Source of the DNA: Bdellovibrio sp. CG10_big_fil_rev_8_21_14_0_10_47_8
GTDB taxonomy: Bacteria; Bdellovibrionota; Bdellovibrionia; Bdellovibrionales; Bdellovibrionaceae
Reading direction: 5' to 3'
Assembly: GCA_002773975.1 (NCBI GenBank)
Contig: PEZR01000005.1
Location: 3,076 to 30,062, forward strand
Length of the DNA: 26,987 nucleotides
Shown one piece after another: positions 25,580-26,987 of the stretch. Made by a program: the position numbers and the translations under genes. How positions within the stretch are numbered: the stretch's first letter is position 1; each line of letters begins with the position of its first letter. The notes under the pieces are model-generated. The model did not search any database, was not told where the DNA came from, and was given only the letters and a program-made list of their open reading frames with translations.

Positions 25580-26725
25580 CTAGGAGAGCTCCTTCAAAAC
25601 AAATTTAACCCGATCGATCACAAAATTTTGTTCGTCACTGGTCATACCAGTTGAGCAGGGGAGGGTGAGAATTTGACTCCAAATTCTGTCACTCACATTC
25701 ATATCTGTTCGTGGGGCTTCGGCATAGGGCGCCTGTAGGTGGGTAGGTCGCCAAAATGTTCTGGCAGCAACCCCCTCAGCAACGAGCTTCTGACAGACTA
25801 CCCTTGTATCCATTTCTGAATTCAACAAAACTCCGGGAAACCAGCAGGCGCTTTGGGACCACGTTGGTGATGGAAACATTTCAACGCCGCCAAGGGATCT
25901 AAAGCCCTCGCGGTAGTTTCGATCGATTTGACGTTTTCTTTCTAGAAAAAAATCAAATTGCTCCATCTGAGCACAGCCAAGAGCAGCTTCGATATTGCAC
26001 ATACGGAAATTGAATCCGACGGCATCATGAACGTAGTCGGCTCCAACCCTTGCCGTGGTGGCCAGATGTTTCGCGCGGGCGAGCAGATCTTTATCATTGC
26101 CGATCACCATGCCACCGGATCCGGTGGTGATGGTTTTGTTGCCATTGAAACTCAACGTAGAAAGCGTCGCTAAGCCACCGATCTCTTTACCCTTGTAGGT
26201 CGCCCCCAGGGCCGCGGCGGCATCCGCCACAACAGGCAGGTCATATTTCTTGGCGATGGCACAGATTGGATCCATGTCCGCACAGAGACCCAAAGTGTAG
26301 ACCGGAAGAATACAAGAGATACGGCGTCCAGATTTTTTGTGAACTAATTTTCCCGATGCGAAGACAGCTTCCGCGCTCAGAGCTTCTTCCAATTTCTGAG
26401 GACAGAGGGTCCAACTTTCCGGAGAGACATCAATGAGCCAGGGAGTGGCGCCCGTGTGGCTGATTGCATTTGCAGTCGCAATAAATGTGAATGATGGAGT
26501 GATGACCAAATCATCACGTTGGACGCCGAGGGTCGTCAGAGCCAGCTGTATTGCCGTTGTTCCAGAAGAAGTAGAAACCCCCAAGGATGATTGTGAACGA
26601 GCAGCAACCATATTTTCAAATCGATCGACGAAAGGGCCAACGGAGGAAACAAAATTTGTCCGAATACATTCGATCAAATATTTTTCTTCATTTCCAGAGA
26701 GATTAGGGATGGCCAGAGGGATCAT
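25580..26725 (-). CDS. legC: LegC-family PLP aminotransferase (nucleotide-4-keto-6-deoxy-GlcNAc 4-aminotransferase)
   Basis: IPL..P...GNE.KYL..CI...FVSSVGPFVDRFE, SSGTTA, DAAAALG, SFNGNKTITTGSGGM, VGFNFRMCNIEAALG. Confidence 0.8.
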   Translation of the reverse strand: MIPLAIPNLSGNEEKYLIECIRTNFVSSVGPFVDRFENMVAARSQSSLGVSTSSGTTAIQLALTTLGVQRDDLVITPSFTFIATANAISHTGATPWLIDVSPESWTLCPQKLEEALSAEAVFASGKLVHKKSGRRISCILPVYTLGLCADMDPICAIAKKYDLPVVADAAAALGATYKGKEIGGLATLSTLSFNGNKTITTGSGGMVIGNDKDLLARAKHLATTARVGADYVHDAVGFNFRMCNIEAALGCAQMEQFDFFLERKRQIDRNYREGFRSLGGVEMFPSPTWSQSACWFPGVLLNSEMDTRVVCQKLVAEGVAARTFWRPTHLQAPYAEAPRTDMNVSDRIWSQILTLPCSTGMTSDEQNFVIDRVKFVLKELS

Positions 26726-26728
26726 TTT

Positions 26729-26986
26729 TTATAACCCTTTGGAGAAATAATGGGTTTGGTACCAATCATATGTTTTTTGAATACCTTGGGCCAAAGTGGT
26801 TTGCGCAGAAAATCCGACCAAACGATCAGTCAGGGACATATCTGGAGCTCGTCGTGACGGAGATCCTGGTTGAGCTTCCAGCTCCTTTAGGGGAGCTGAC
26901 TTTTTAACGATGGATAGGACCGCTTCGCCGACTTCGCTCATGGAGACTTCGGGAGCCTGGCGTCCTAAGTTGAGAACTTGGTTTTT
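26729..26986 (-). CDS. C-terminal part of an extended SDR epimerase/dehydratase (5' end outside the window)
   Basis: The frame is open to the window edge: KNQVLNLGRQAPEVSMSEVGEAV...GSPSRRAPDMS...VGFSAQTTLAQGIQKTYDWY, a typical extended-SDR C-terminus. Confidence 0.8.
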   Translation of the reverse strand, partial: KNQVLNLGRQAPEVSMSEVGEAVLSIVKKSAPLKELEAQPGSPSRRAPDMSLTDRLVGFSAQTTLAQGIQKTYDWYQTHYFSKGL

Positions 26987-26987
26987 A

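Noticed and set aside
22087-26696. Similar ~40-bp stretches in inverted orientation (GNEEKYL..CIRT coding region of the two aminotransferases)
   Set aside because: Explained by family-level protein conservation with many synonymous differences; not a DNA repeat or recent duplication.
1-26987. tRNA/rRNA, CRISPR arrays, transposases, phage or defence genes
   Set aside because: Coding density is near total, the largest gap is 190 bp, and no repeat-spacer pattern, cloverleaf or DDE/integrase motif was seen.

Overview
The window lies entirely within a large bacterial surface-glycan biosynthesis locus (O-antigen, capsule or glycoprotein glycan) and is cut mid-gene at both ends. I count 26 tightly packed CDS in six alternating strand blocks. 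They cover GDP-6-deoxyhexose synthesis (gmd, fcl/WbcJ-like), a Wzz-like chain-length protein, three more extended SDR epimerase/reductases and a PglK/MsbA-like ABC exporter. A GDP-type legionaminic acid gene set (legI/neuB, legG/neuC, legX/ptmE, legF/neuA, legC) is scattered over three transcription blocks. Tailoring genes are an AsnB-type amidotransferase, an ATP-grasp ligase, a PHP phosphoesterase and three SAM methyltransferases. The most striking part is 17722..24923, a second ulosonic-acid module. It holds a PseG/GT28-like GT-B protein, a NeuB synthase lacking the C-terminal antifreeze-like domain, a second CMP-ulosonate synthetase, a cupin, a TylM1/DesVI-like methyltransferase, a perosamine-synthase-like aminotransferase and a KpsS-like HP-motif transferase. 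I infer that it may build an undescribed 5-hydroxy-7-(methyl)amino nonulosonic acid from GDP-perosamine; this is a hypothesis, not a demonstrated pathway. I saw no RNA genes, mobile elements or CRISPR arrays. All family calls come from motif recognition by eye with no database search, and I cannot assign the host taxon.
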